A stretch of DNA of 64,000 nt from an uncultured Acidobacteriota bacterium (GTDB lineage: Bacteria > Acidobacteriota > Vicinamibacteria > Vicinamibacterales > 2-12-FULL-66-21). Every line of letters begins with the position of its first letter. The stretch's first letter is position 1. The translations under genes were made by a program, and so were the position numbers. The stretch is from assembly GCA_963834305.1 (NCBI GenBank), contig CAWIAX010000003.1, positions 838,816 to 902,815 of the forward strand. Direction: 5' to 3'. This document shows positions 49,609-58,391 of the stretch, in pieces. The notes beneath the pieces were generated by a model. The model ran no database searches. It saw nothing but the letters and a program-made list of their open reading frames with translations, and was not told where the DNA came from.

Positions 49609-50036
49609 TGTGTCCGCTGTGTCCGCGACAGATGGTTCGACTGGTATTGCTCGATGATCTGCTTCATCGCGATCGCATCCCGTTTCCGGTGCCCGTGGCA
49701 GCGCACCGGGCTCGTTCCGCCGCTGCTCTCGATGAGGACGTCGGCAAAGAACAGGTTGCGGTCGATCAGCACCGAGGCCACGTGCGAGATGTGCATCGAG
49801 TGCTCCCGCCCGCCGAACAGCTCGGGCGTGTAATGCACGACCGCCGACGGCGTGACCGACACCTGCGTCGGAAACCACAGGTTGCCGCGGCTCAGCCGGC
49901 TGGCGCGAAACACGTGCTGGCCCGGCAGGAGGCGGCCCTTCCGCCAGAAGAAGAGCACCAGTCCGGCCAGGACCGCGAGCGCGGCCGCAACGAGCCACAC
50001 TGCACCGCCGCCGAAGGCGCTGCCGGGATCGGTCAT
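49605..50036 (-). CDS. Membrane-anchored bacterial PH-domain protein (YdbS/YdbT-like)
   Basis: 143 aa. TM helix VWLVAAALAVLAGLVLFFW, then FRASRLSRGNLWFPTQVSVTPSAVVHYTPELFGGREHSMHISHVASVLIDRNLFFADVLIESSGG, the bPH pattern by eye. Confidence 0.7.
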   Translation of the reverse strand: MTDPGSAFGGGAVWLVAAALAVLAGLVLFFWRKGRLLPGQHVFRASRLSRGNLWFPTQVSVTPSAVVHYTPELFGGREHSMHISHVASVLIDRNLFFADVLIESSGGTSPVRCHGHRKRDAIAMKQIIEQYQSNHLSRTQRTQ

Positions 50037-50183
50037 AACTTGGAATTACTGCTGGGGGGGCACATCAGAGTCGCCCGATCCTGCACATTTGTCAAGGCCT
50101 TTCGCCCGCCGCCCCGGGGCCGTCCGCGGGGACTGGTGCTAAGCTAACCCCTCTGCCTGTTCACCAAACGGAGGGCTGCATCA

Positions 50184-51341
50184 GTGCCGCATCGCGCGCC
50201 CGGGTCCCCGGGCCACGCTCCCAGCAATTACCTTAAAGGCAAGCCCATCAACTACTACCGGCCACGCGGCAGCGCGGATGTCCGGCAGCTCATCGACGGC
50301 GGCTTCCAGGCGTTCAACGCCGGACGGCTCTCGGAGGCCTGCCACATCTTCAGCGACAAGATGCTGGCGCCGGAAAACGACACCACCATCGGCCTCACGG
50401 TGGCCGGCGCCCTGACGCCGGCCGGCCTCGGCGGCTGTGTCATCGAGCTCATGGAGCGCGGCCTCGTCGATTTCCTGATCAGCACCGGCGCCAACCTCTA
50501 CCACGACCTGCACTACGCCCTGAACTTCACGCTCCACCGCGGCTCCCCGTTCCTCGACGACGTGGAGCTCTACGAGCAGGGGATCATCCGGATCTACGAC
50601 GTGCTGTTCCCGGCGACGGTCCTGCTCGAGACGGACAAGTACATCCGCGACTTTCTCGTCCGCACCGGCCTCCAGGGGGCGATGTCGACCTCGGAGCTGC
50701 ACTACCGGCTCGGCCTGGACCTCATCGAGCGCCATCCCGGCTGCGAGGAGTATTCGGTCGTGGCGCGCGCCGCGTCCCTCGGGGTGCCCATCTACACCTC
50801 CTCCCCGGGCGACAGCTCGATCGGCATGAACATCGCCTACCACGAGCTGATGAACGGCGGCACGCTGATGGTCGATCCCAACAAGGACGTCAACGAGATC
50901 TGCGCGATCATCCTGGCCGGGCACCAGAACGGGTGCGTGATCCTCGGCGGCGGGTCCCCCAAGAACTTCTACCTCCAGGGGCAGCCGACGCTGTGGGAGG
51001 TCTACGGCATCCCCAAGGGGGGCAACGACTACTTCATCCAGATCACGACCGACCAGGTCGTCTGGGGCGGCCTGTCCGGCGCGACGCCCGCCGAGGCGGT
51101 CAGCTGGGGCAAGGTCAACCCCGGGGTGCTCCCCGACACCGTCGTCGCCTACTGCGATTCGACAATCGCGTTTCCGCTGTTCTGCGAATACGCGGTTGGT
51201 TCGGAGCACAATCGGCGGCCGCGCCGCGAGCTGTACCACAAGCGCGACGCGCTCGTCGCCGACCTGCTGGTGCAGGCCAGGGCGGCGGGGCCGGACAAGC
51301 CGATTGCCGACGAGCCGGCGGAGATCGACAGGCATCGGTAG
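50184..51341 (+). CDS. Deoxyhypusine synthase family protein (bacterial DHS-like/homospermidine synthase-like)
   Basis: 385 aa, GTG start after GGAGGG. Motifs TIGLTVAGALTPAGLGG, FLISTGANLYHDLHYAL and ILGGGSPKNF. Confidence 0.85.
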   Translation: MPHRAPGSPGHAPSNYLKGKPINYYRPRGSADVRQLIDGGFQAFNAGRLSEACHIFSDKMLAPENDTTIGLTVAGALTPAGLGGCVIELMERGLVDFLISTGANLYHDLHYALNFTLHRGSPFLDDVELYEQGIIRIYDVLFPATVLLETDKYIRDFLVRTGLQGAMSTSELHYRLGLDLIERHPGCEEYSVVARAASLGVPIYTSSPGDSSIGMNIAYHELMNGGTLMVDPNKDVNEICAIILAGHQNGCVILGGGSPKNFYLQGQPTLWEVYGIPKGGNDYFIQITTDQVVWGGLSGATPAEAVSWGKVNPGVLPDTVVAYCDSTIAFPLFCEYAVGSEHNRRPRRELYHKRDALVADLLVQARAAGPDKPIADEPAEIDRHR

Positions 51342-51399
51342 GGGAGGGGAAAGGGCTAAGGGCGAAGGGCTAAGGGCGAAGGGCGAAGGGCGAAGTGGG
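51341..51399. repeat. Tandem heptanucleotide array (AAGGGCK)x7 with GGGGAGGGGAAAG head
   Basis: GGGGAGGGGA then AAGGGCT AAGGGCG AAGGGCT AAGGGCG AAGGGCG AAGGGCG AAGTGGG. The array fills the gap between the DHS-like stop (51341) and the GTG at 51395 of the next ORF. Confidence 0.85.
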
Positions 51400-51838
51400 A
51401 ACTCTGGCTTCCGAATTGACGCCGTTCGTGCCGGGGGACGCGCCGCGGATCTACGCGGATGCCAACATGCCGTACGGGGCGGTTGCCTACATGCGGCAGC
51501 GCCTCGGGTGGGACGTGCTCTTCGTGCTCGAGCACGACGACTTGCGGCGGGCCCGCGACATCGAGCACTATCGGCTCGCGCGGCAGCTGGCGCGCACGCT
51601 CGTCACGCTCGATCACGACTACGAGGACCCGGCGCGGTTTCCGGCCGGGCAGGGAGCGGGCGTCATCGTGTTCATGGCGCCCGACGAGCGCCGGCTCTGC
51701 GAGCTGCTGGCCCGGGCCGACCGGGAGCTGTTCCGGGCAGCGGGCGCCCCGCCGCTGCCGCTCGAAGGGCAGAAGATGCGCTGGCACATCGCCGCGGCCG
51801 AGCGCCTGGGCGGTACCTGTTCGGGCGCGGCACAATGA
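51395..51838 (+). CDS. DUF5615-like (Mut7-C/PIN-like) protein; start uncertain
   Basis: 147 aa. IYADANMPYGAVAYMRQRLGWDVLFVLEHDDLRRARDIEHYRLARQLARTLVTLDHDY resembles the DUF5615 pattern (DENl...L...G.DV....e......D.e....A....R.l.T.D.DF). The annotated GTG start lies inside the last repeat unit. Confidence 0.5.
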   Translation: MGTLASELTPFVPGDAPRIYADANMPYGAVAYMRQRLGWDVLFVLEHDDLRRARDIEHYRLARQLARTLVTLDHDYEDPARFPAGQGAGVIVFMAPDERRLCELLARADRELFRAAGAPPLPLEGQKMRWHIAAAERLGGTCSGAAQ

Positions 51839-51911
51839 CGGCGCGCCCGCGTGAACGTCGGATGGCAACCGGGAGCAGCAGCGACATGAGCGGCAGAGAG
51901 ACCCTGAACGG

Positions 51912-52772
51912 ATGAACGCGGCCGGCCTGCATCTCACTCGGGGCGTTGCCCGCGCCGTGCTCGTGGGCGAAGACGGGACGGTCGCGGCCAGCGCGCGGGT
52001 GGCCGGTGACGATCTGCGCGAGGCGGCGCGGCAGGCGCTGCGCCAGGCGCTCGGCAGCGGTCAGGCCGGCGCGATTGGCGTGGCGGTCGATCCGCTGGAG
52101 AATCTCGACATCACCGCCGCGAACCATGGCCTCTCGGACCTCGGCGCCGTCGTGGTCGTGCGCGCCGGCGACGCATGCGTGGCCGCGGAGGCGTGGACCG
52201 GCGCCGCCAGGGGGGCTCGCCATGCCCTCTGCCTCTACGTGGGAGAGACGGTCTTTGCCGGCGTCCTGCTCGACGGCCGGCCGTGGACCGGTGCGCACGG
52301 CCTGGCCGGCGCGGCAGCCTGGCTCGCGCTGAACCCGGTCGACCGGCAGGACTACAGAAAACACGGCAGCCTGGCCGCGGAGGTAAGCTACACCGGCATC
52401 GCCAGGCGCCTGGCCTGGCGCATTCACGCCGGGGACCGCTCCGCCGTGCTCGAGCGGGTCGCCAACCCGGAAGCCATCACGGCGAGCCACGTCTTCGAGG
52501 CCGCGCGCGCCGGGGACGGCGTGTCGATCTCCGTCGTGCGCGACGCCGCGCGCTTCATCGGCATGGCCATCGCCAACCTTGCCGTGGCCGTCGATCCGGA
52601 GGTGGCCGTGCTCGGCGGCGGGATTGCCAGCGCTGGCGACCTCGTGCTCGAGCCGATCCGGCAGGAATGCCTGCGTCGCCTGCCCCCTGAGCTCGCCAGC
52701 CAGCTCCGCTGCGAGCTGTCGCCCCTCGGCGAAGACGCGGTGGCCATCGGCGCCGCCCGGCTCGCCGGATAA
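51912..52772 (+). CDS. ROK/BadF-type sugar-kinase-fold protein, degenerate
   Basis: 286 aa. ASKHA-fold pattern LYVGETVFAGVLLDGRPWTGAHGLAG and VAVLGGGIASAGD. It lacks the ROK Cys/His zinc motif as far as I can see. Confidence 0.6.
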   Translation: MNAAGLHLTRGVARAVLVGEDGTVAASARVAGDDLREAARQALRQALGSGQAGAIGVAVDPLENLDITAANHGLSDLGAVVVVRAGDACVAAEAWTGAARGARHALCLYVGETVFAGVLLDGRPWTGAHGLAGAAAWLALNPVDRQDYRKHGSLAAEVSYTGIARRLAWRIHAGDRSAVLERVANPEAITASHVFEAARAGDGVSISVVRDAARFIGMAIANLAVAVDPEVAVLGGGIASAGDLVLEPIRQECLRRLPPELASQLRCELSPLGEDAVAIGAARLAG

Positions 52773-52820
52773 TCCGGCCGGATCCGGAACACCCCCCGTC
52801 CGCCCTCCGTAGGTGCGTAC

Positions 52821-53711
52821 ATGACCCGCATTCTCAGCATCGGAACAGCCGTGCTTGCCGGCGCCGTTTCCTCGGGCTGTGTCGTCAGTGTCGACTCGCA
52901 GGGGCAGGTTGTCCGGGACGAAAAGCGCTTCGCGCTGGACGGCAAAGCCGACCTCCACCTGACCACCTTCGACGGCTCGATCGTGATCCGGTCGTGGGAC
53001 CGCACGGAGGTGCTGGTCGAGATCGAAAAGCGCGGGCCGACCCAGGAGGCAGTCGACGGCCTGAAGGTCGACTCGAAGCAGGAGGGCAACCGCATCGCGG
53101 TCGAGGTCACCCGCCCCGCAACTGACACGTTCAGCGGCTTTGGCCTCCACGGGTCGAGCAGCGCCAGGTTGATCGTCTCGGTGCCGCGCGAGGCCGATGT
53201 CGTGGCGCGGACGGGCGACGGCTCGATCCGCGTCGAGCGGCTGCGCGGCCGCCTCGAGCTCCGGACGGGCGATGGCTCGATCAGGGCCGACGACGTCGAA
53301 GGAGAGCTGGTGCTGCACACCGGGGACGGCTCCGTGGCCGTCGATCGTGCGGCTGGCCGGCTGGCGCTCGAGACCGGCGACGGCGGCGTCGACGTCACCG
53401 GCAGGTTCGAGTCGGTCAGGATGCACACCGGCGACGGCTCGATCGTCTACCGCGCCGAGCCGGGCGGCACGATGGCCGACGACTGGGACATCTCCACGGG
53501 CGATGGCTCGGTGGCGCTCTACCTGCCGCGCGGTTTCGCGGCGGAGCTCGATGCCCGCACCGGCGACGGACGCATCAGGAGCGAGCTGGATGTCGAGGCC
53601 GACGGCTCGGGCAACGATCGCCGGCGCACGCTGACGGGGCGGCTCGGCGAGGGCGGCCGGCGGCTCCGCGTCCGCACCGGCGACGGTTCGATCACGCTGA
53701 AGACCCGCTGA
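52821..53711 (+). CDS. DUF4097 (putative adhesin beta-solenoid) lipoprotein
   Basis: 296 aa. Lipobox-like AVSSGC. At least 9 repeats of the TGDGSI/V motif at about 20-residue spacing (RTGDGSIRVERL, RTGDGSIRADDV, HTGDGSVAVDRA...). Confidence 0.8.
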   Translation: MTRILSIGTAVLAGAVSSGCVVSVDSQGQVVRDEKRFALDGKADLHLTTFDGSIVIRSWDRTEVLVEIEKRGPTQEAVDGLKVDSKQEGNRIAVEVTRPATDTFSGFGLHGSSSARLIVSVPREADVVARTGDGSIRVERLRGRLELRTGDGSIRADDVEGELVLHTGDGSVAVDRAAGRLALETGDGGVDVTGRFESVRMHTGDGSIVYRAEPGGTMADDWDISTGDGSVALYLPRGFAAELDARTGDGRIRSELDVEADGSGNDRRRTLTGRLGEGGRRLRVRTGDGSITLKTR

Positions 53712-53728
53712 GCCGCGCCGAGGCGCCG

Positions 53729-54424
53729 CTACCGCGCCGGCGTGACGGCATACTCCGTCGGGTCCGCGATCCCCGCCTCGGCGAATCCGTCGCGGCGCTC
53801 CCGGCACTTGCTGCAGCGCCCGCAGTGCCGCCCGTCCACCGGCTGCATGCACGACACCGTCAGCTCGAAGGGCACGCCCAGCTCGGCGCCGAGGGTGATG
53901 ACGTCCGCCTTGCGCATCGCCGCAAAGGGAGCGCGGATTTCGATCGGGGCCGCCAGGCCCGCCGAGAGCGCCTGCCCCATGGTCTCGAAGAACAGCGGGG
54001 TCGCGTCCGGGAACGGGTTGCCGGCCAGCGGCCCGAGCAGGATCCGGCGCAGCCGGCGCCGCGCCATGAACACCGCGGCCTTGGCCAGCAGCACGACGTT
54101 GCGTCCCTCGATGTAGACGTCCTCGTCCGGGGTGTCGAACGCGGGAGCCTCGCCGCGGATGGCCCAGTGCGTCGGCGGATAGACGTCGCGCATGTCGACC
54201 GCGAGCGTCTCGAGCGGCCCGACCGCGCCGCGGTACGGCGCCGCGCCCAGCAGCCGGGCGGCGAACGCGAGCTCGGTTTCCTCCCACGCGAGTCCCGCGC
54301 GCACGTAGACCGGCTGCGCGCCGCCGTGCTGCCGCGCGGCATCCGCCAGCAGCACCGCGCTGTCGAGCCCGGCCGAAAAAAGCACCGCCGCCGGTTGCGC
54401 CGGGTCGCCGCCCTTGACTACCAT
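53729..54424 (-). CDS. queC: 7-cyano-7-deazaguanine (preQ0) synthase
   Basis: ATG 54424 gives MVVKGGDPAQPAAVLFSAGLDSAVLL (PP-loop SxGxDS). C-terminal zinc cluster SCMQPVDGRHCGRCSKCRERRDGF. Confidence 0.85.
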   Translation of the reverse strand: MVVKGGDPAQPAAVLFSAGLDSAVLLADAARQHGGAQPVYVRAGLAWEETELAFAARLLGAAPYRGAVGPLETLAVDMRDVYPPTHWAIRGEAPAFDTPDEDVYIEGRNVVLLAKAAVFMARRRLRRILLGPLAGNPFPDATPLFFETMGQALSAGLAAPIEIRAPFAAMRKADVITLGAELGVPFELTVSCMQPVDGRHCGRCSKCRERRDGFAEAGIADPTEYAVTPAR

Positions 54425-54436
54425 CGCGTGAGCATC

Positions 54437-54838
54437 ATGTTTCTCGTCACCAAGCGCATCGAGTTCTGCTACGGTCACCGCCTGCTCGACTACGACGGCG
54501 TCTGCAAGCACCCGCACGGGCACAACGCGGTCGCCGAGATCGACGTCCGCACCGACAGCCTCGACAGCCGCAACATGGTCGCGGACTTCAGCGATATCAA
54601 GCGGCTGGTCAAAGGGTGGATCGACCGCGAGCTGGATCACAAGATGATCCTGCGGCACGACGACCCGCTGGTGGAGCCGCTGCGGCAGCTCGGCGAGCCG
54701 ATGTATCTGCTGGAGAGCAATCCCACCGTCGAGCGGATCGCGAAGCTGATTTACGACCAGGGCCGCCAGCTCGGGCTCGACATCCTCAGCGTGCGCGTCT
54801 GGGAGACGCCGTCGTCGTTCGCGACCTATTCGGAATAG
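54437..54838 (+). CDS. queD: 6-carboxy-5,6,7,8-tetrahydropterin synthase
   Basis: ATG 54437 gives MFLVTKRIEFCYGHRLLDYDGVCKHPHGHNAVAEIDV (the C..H and HxH zinc/catalytic pattern of the QueD/PTPS family). 133 aa. Confidence 0.85.
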   Translation: MFLVTKRIEFCYGHRLLDYDGVCKHPHGHNAVAEIDVRTDSLDSRNMVADFSDIKRLVKGWIDRELDHKMILRHDDPLVEPLRQLGEPMYLLESNPTVERIAKLIYDQGRQLGLDILSVRVWETPSSFATYSE

Positions 54839-54912
54839 CCGACCCGGAGCTCCGTCTCACCCCGTGCATCGCCAGGGCGCGCCCGCGCCGCGCAGGCCGG
54901 TGCGCGCGCGCC

Positions 54913-57185
54913 TCACGCAAACATCCGCCAGACGGACGCGGTGAGGAACGTGACGATGAAGGCGATCGCCAGCGGCATCAGCGCGCCGACGGTGGCCCAC
55001 TTGGCGCTGAGCGTTTCCTTGTAGATCGTGATGATGGTGGTGGCGCAGGGGTTGTGCAGCAGCGCGAACAGCATCAGGTTCACCGCCGTCAGCATCGTCC
55101 AGCCGTTCTGGTCGACGAGCAGCGTGCGCAGCTCGGACATCGACTCCAGCTCCGACATCATGCTGCCGCCCATGTAGACCATCAGCAGCGTCGGCACGAC
55201 GATCTCGTTGGCGGGAATCGCGATGACGTAGGCCAGCAGGATGACGCCGTCGAGCCCGACCGCGTGCCCGAGCGGCGCCAGGGCGTTGGCCGAGTGGGTT
55301 GCGCCAGGCTGGTGCCGTCCACGTAGATGTTGCCGAGCACCCAGATCACGGCGCCGGCGGGCGCGGCGGTCAGGATGGCGCGCCACAGCACGAACAGCGT
55401 GCGGTCGATGAGCGACGTGTAGAGGATGCGGAGGATGCCGGGGCGGCGGTAGGGCGGCAGCTCGAGCGTGAACGCCGAGGCCTCGCCGCGCAGCACGGTC
55501 CGCGACAGCAGCCCACGACGTCGCCGAGCGTGAACGCCGACACCGAGCAGCACGACGCCGACGACGGCGCCGGCGGCCGCGAACGAGGCGATCACCGGCG
55601 GAAACGCCGCGGCCACGAACATCGTGGCCAGCATGATCAGGGTCGGGAACCGGCCGTTGCAGGGCACGAAGTTGTTGGTGAGGATGGCGACGAGCCGCTC
55701 GCGCGGCGAGTCGATGACGCGCGTGGCGATCACGCCGGCCGCGTTGCACCCGAAGCCCATCGCCATCGTCAGCGCCTGCTTGCCGTGGGCGCCGGCGCGG
55801 CGGAACAGGAAGTCGAGGTTGAAGGCCACCCGCGGCAGGTAGCCGAGGTCCTCCAGCATCGTGAAGAGCGGGAAGAAGATGGCCATCGGCGGCAGCATCA
55901 CGCTGACGACCCACGCCAGGCCGCGGAAGACGCCGTGCCAGACGAACCCGGTCAGCCACCACGGCGCCCCGAGGGCGTCGAAGAGGCCCGCCGCCTGGTT
56001 CTCCACCCAGAAGAGTCCCGTGGCGAGCATCGCGGACGGCACGTTCGCGCCGGTGATCGTCAGCCAGAAGACCACCGCGAGGATCAGGAGCATCAGCGGC
56101 AGGCCGAAGATCGGCGACGTGACGAGGCGATCGATGCGCTGGTCCCAGTCCTGCCCCTGTCCGGCCGCTCTGCTGGACGGCGCGGCGCGACAGGCGTTCG
56201 GCCTCCGCGAAGACCGAGCTGACCGCCTCGTCGCGGAAGTTGCCGGTCAGCCGGCTGCGCAGCTCCTCGGCACGCCGGATGACCTCTTCGGCGTTCCGGC
56301 GCGCCTCCGCCGACGCGCCGCCGGGGAGCGACGCACCGATCAGGGGAAGCGCGGTGCTCTCCGTGCTCACTGGGCCCCCTGGAGCGCGATCTTCCGGCTG
56401 AAGCGCTCGTCCGGGCGCTGCTGGCGGGCAACCAGGGCGGCCAGCTCGCCCGAGCGCAGGGCGCGCTCCACGCGGCGTCGCCGTCGAGCAGCCGGATGGC
56501 GATCCAGCGCGCGTTCGGGACGCCCGGGGGCAACGCCTCTCGATCATCGGCACCAGCTCCGAGATGGCCGCGTTGAACTCGTCCGTGCCGTGCGGCCGCA
56601 GCGGGCTGGTGGCGATCTCGCCGCTGATGACGCCGGCAACGGCGGTCGAGCAGCGCCTGCATCCCTTCGCCGGTGCGCGCGACGACGCGGAATCGCGGGA
56701 ATGCCGAGGTCCCGCGACAGGCTGCGGACGTCCACCTCGATGCCCTTGCGGCGCGCTTCGTCCATCAGGTTCACCGCCAGCACCGCCTTGTCGGTGATCT
56801 CGAGCACCTGCAGCACGAGGTTCAGGTTGCGCTCGAGCGCGGTTGCGTCGGCCACGACGATGGTGCAGTCGGGGGTGCCGAAGAGCAGGAAGTCGCGGGC
56901 GATTTCCTCGTCGTGCGACGCCGACAGCAGCGAATACGTGCCGGGCAGGTCGACCAGCTTGTAGCGGACGGCGTTGAACTGGAAGCCCCCCTCGGCGCGG
57001 GTGACGGTCTTGCCGGGCCAGTTGCCGGTGTGCTGCTTCAGCCCGGTCAGCGCGTTGAACAGCGTCGACTTGCCGGTGTTGGGATTGCCGGCGAGCGCCA
57101 CGACGCGATCGAACGCGTCCACCTTCAGCCCCATCTGTGCGAGGTGGGCGTGCGCGGGACATGTTTCGCAGTTGTGTGTGCTCAT
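54913..57185 (-). pseudogene. feoB: Ferrous iron transporter FeoB, at least 6 frame switches
   Basis: ATG 57185 gives [48 protein letters not shown]...VDLPGTYSL (G-domain, ORF 56544-57389 frame). The helical domain is split among three frames. The membrane domain is in the frame of ORF 55182-56093 (LPLMLLILAVVFWLT...GFGCNAAGV) and the frame of ORF 54913-57309 (C-terminus ...LLHNPCATTIITIYKE...). Confidence 0.8.
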
Positions 57186-58204
57186 CGAACCTGTTCTCTG
57201 GCTGTCGGGGCGAGATCCTGCGCCGGCCGCACCAGGACCTGCCGGGCCTGCTCCTGCCGCAGCGCGACGAGCGTGCCGCGGACGCGGTAGGCGCGGGGAT
57301 CGCCGGCAAACGTGTCGAGCGCCGGCTCGAGGCGCGCGCCCGGGGTGAAGCCGAGATCCATCAGCCGCCGCCGGCTGAAGCCCTGGCACCCCTCGTCGAG
57401 CGCGACGACTTCGGCCGCGTGCCCCCGTGGCAGGTCGGCCAGCGACATCTGGCCCGCGGACGCCGCGTGGGTGGCCGGCGTCAGGTAGACGTTGGCCGCG
57501 ACCGCCGGCGCCAGCCGGAACTCGTGCTCGCCGTCGCTCAGGACGATGCGCTCGGGCGTCGATTCGAGAATCCGGACCACCTGGCCGATGCGCAGCCCCT
57601 CGGCCAGGATCTGGGCGAATGCGAGCGGCGGCTCATCCTCGAGATGCGTGATGGTGCCCAGCGTGTCGGCTGGCCAGGCGGTGACCGGCGTGTCGCGGGG
57701 CGGCGAGATCTGGCCGTCGGGCCCGGGGATCGGATCGCCGTGCGGATCCAGGCGCGGATGGCCGAGCGAGGCGTCGAGCGCGTCGACCTGATCCCGCGTC
57801 AGCGCGTGCTCGCGGCGCTCGGCGGCGGCATGGACGTCGCGGAGCGGCAGCCGTGCTTCGTCCGCGAAGTAGCGCTCGAGCAGCCGGTGCGCGCGGACAA
57901 TCTGCCGCGCGACGCGCTCGCCGTCGGGCGTGAGCCGGAACTCCCGTCCGCTCGCCGTCACCAGTCCCTGTTCCTGCATGCGGCCGAGCAGCGCCATCAG
58001 CTGGCCGTCGTTCACCGCCAGCATGCCGCGCAGGGACGCAAACGACGCCTGCAGGCCGCGGTACTCCTGGTCGAAGAGATGCTTCAGCGCATCCTCGATC
58101 TGGGTGCGGCCGCGTGCCGTGCGCCGGCGGCGCAGCCGCCGGAAGGTCTCCCCCACGAGGAGTGCCAGGATGGCCGCACCGGCGAGAATGGAGAGGGCAG
58201 TCAT
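57182..58204 (-). CDS. Membrane-anchored DtxR-family regulator fused to two FeoA/SH3-like domains
   Basis: 340 aa, intact. N-terminal TM helix [15 protein letters not shown]. DtxR-like wHTH and dimerisation region ([47 protein letters not shown]...[16 protein letters not shown]). Then two FeoA-like segments ([13 protein letters not shown]...[11 protein letters not shown] and [19 protein letters not shown]...[13 protein letters not shown]). The stop overlaps the feoB ATG (ATGA). Confidence 0.8.
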   Translation of the reverse strand: MTALSILAGAAILALLVGETFRRLRRRRTARGRTQIEDALKHLFDQEYRGLQASFASLRGMLAVNDGQLMALLGRMQEQGLVTASGREFRLTPDGERVARQIVRAHRLLERYFADEARLPLRDVHAAAERREHALTRDQVDALDASLGHPRLDPHGDPIPGPDGQISPPRDTPVTAWPADTLGTITHLEDEPPLAFAQILAEGLRIGQVVRILESTPERIVLSDGEHEFRLAPAVAANVYLTPATHAASAGQMSLADLPRGHAAEVVALDEGCQGFSRRRLMDLGFTPGARLEPALDTFAGDPRAYRVRGTLVALRQEQARQVLVRPAQDLAPTAREQVR

Positions 58205-58281
58205 TTCGTGTGCACCGTGCTGGATGAGTGCTTGGCCCGCCCCGCTGCGGCCGCCGCCGGTGGCGAGGGGCCAAATCTCAA

Positions 58282-58299
58282 ATTTTGATTACTCAAAAT
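58282..58299. promoter_or_regulatory. AT-rich 7-4-7 palindrome ATTTTGATTACTCAAAAT, candidate metal-regulator operator upstream of the feo operon
   Basis: A perfect inverted repeat ATTTTGA/TCAAAAT. It sits in the only AT-rich patch of the 58205-58391 intergenic region, 78-95 nt upstream of the DtxR-FeoA start (58204) and next to a second DtxR-family gene. Confidence 0.4.
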
Positions 58300-58391
58300 C
58301 TTACGCCAGTTCTGCCGTGCTGTCAAAGCCACCCGTTCACGGGGGCGGCCCTGGACCGCATGGGGCGTGGGTGGGGAACTGGAAAGTCGAG

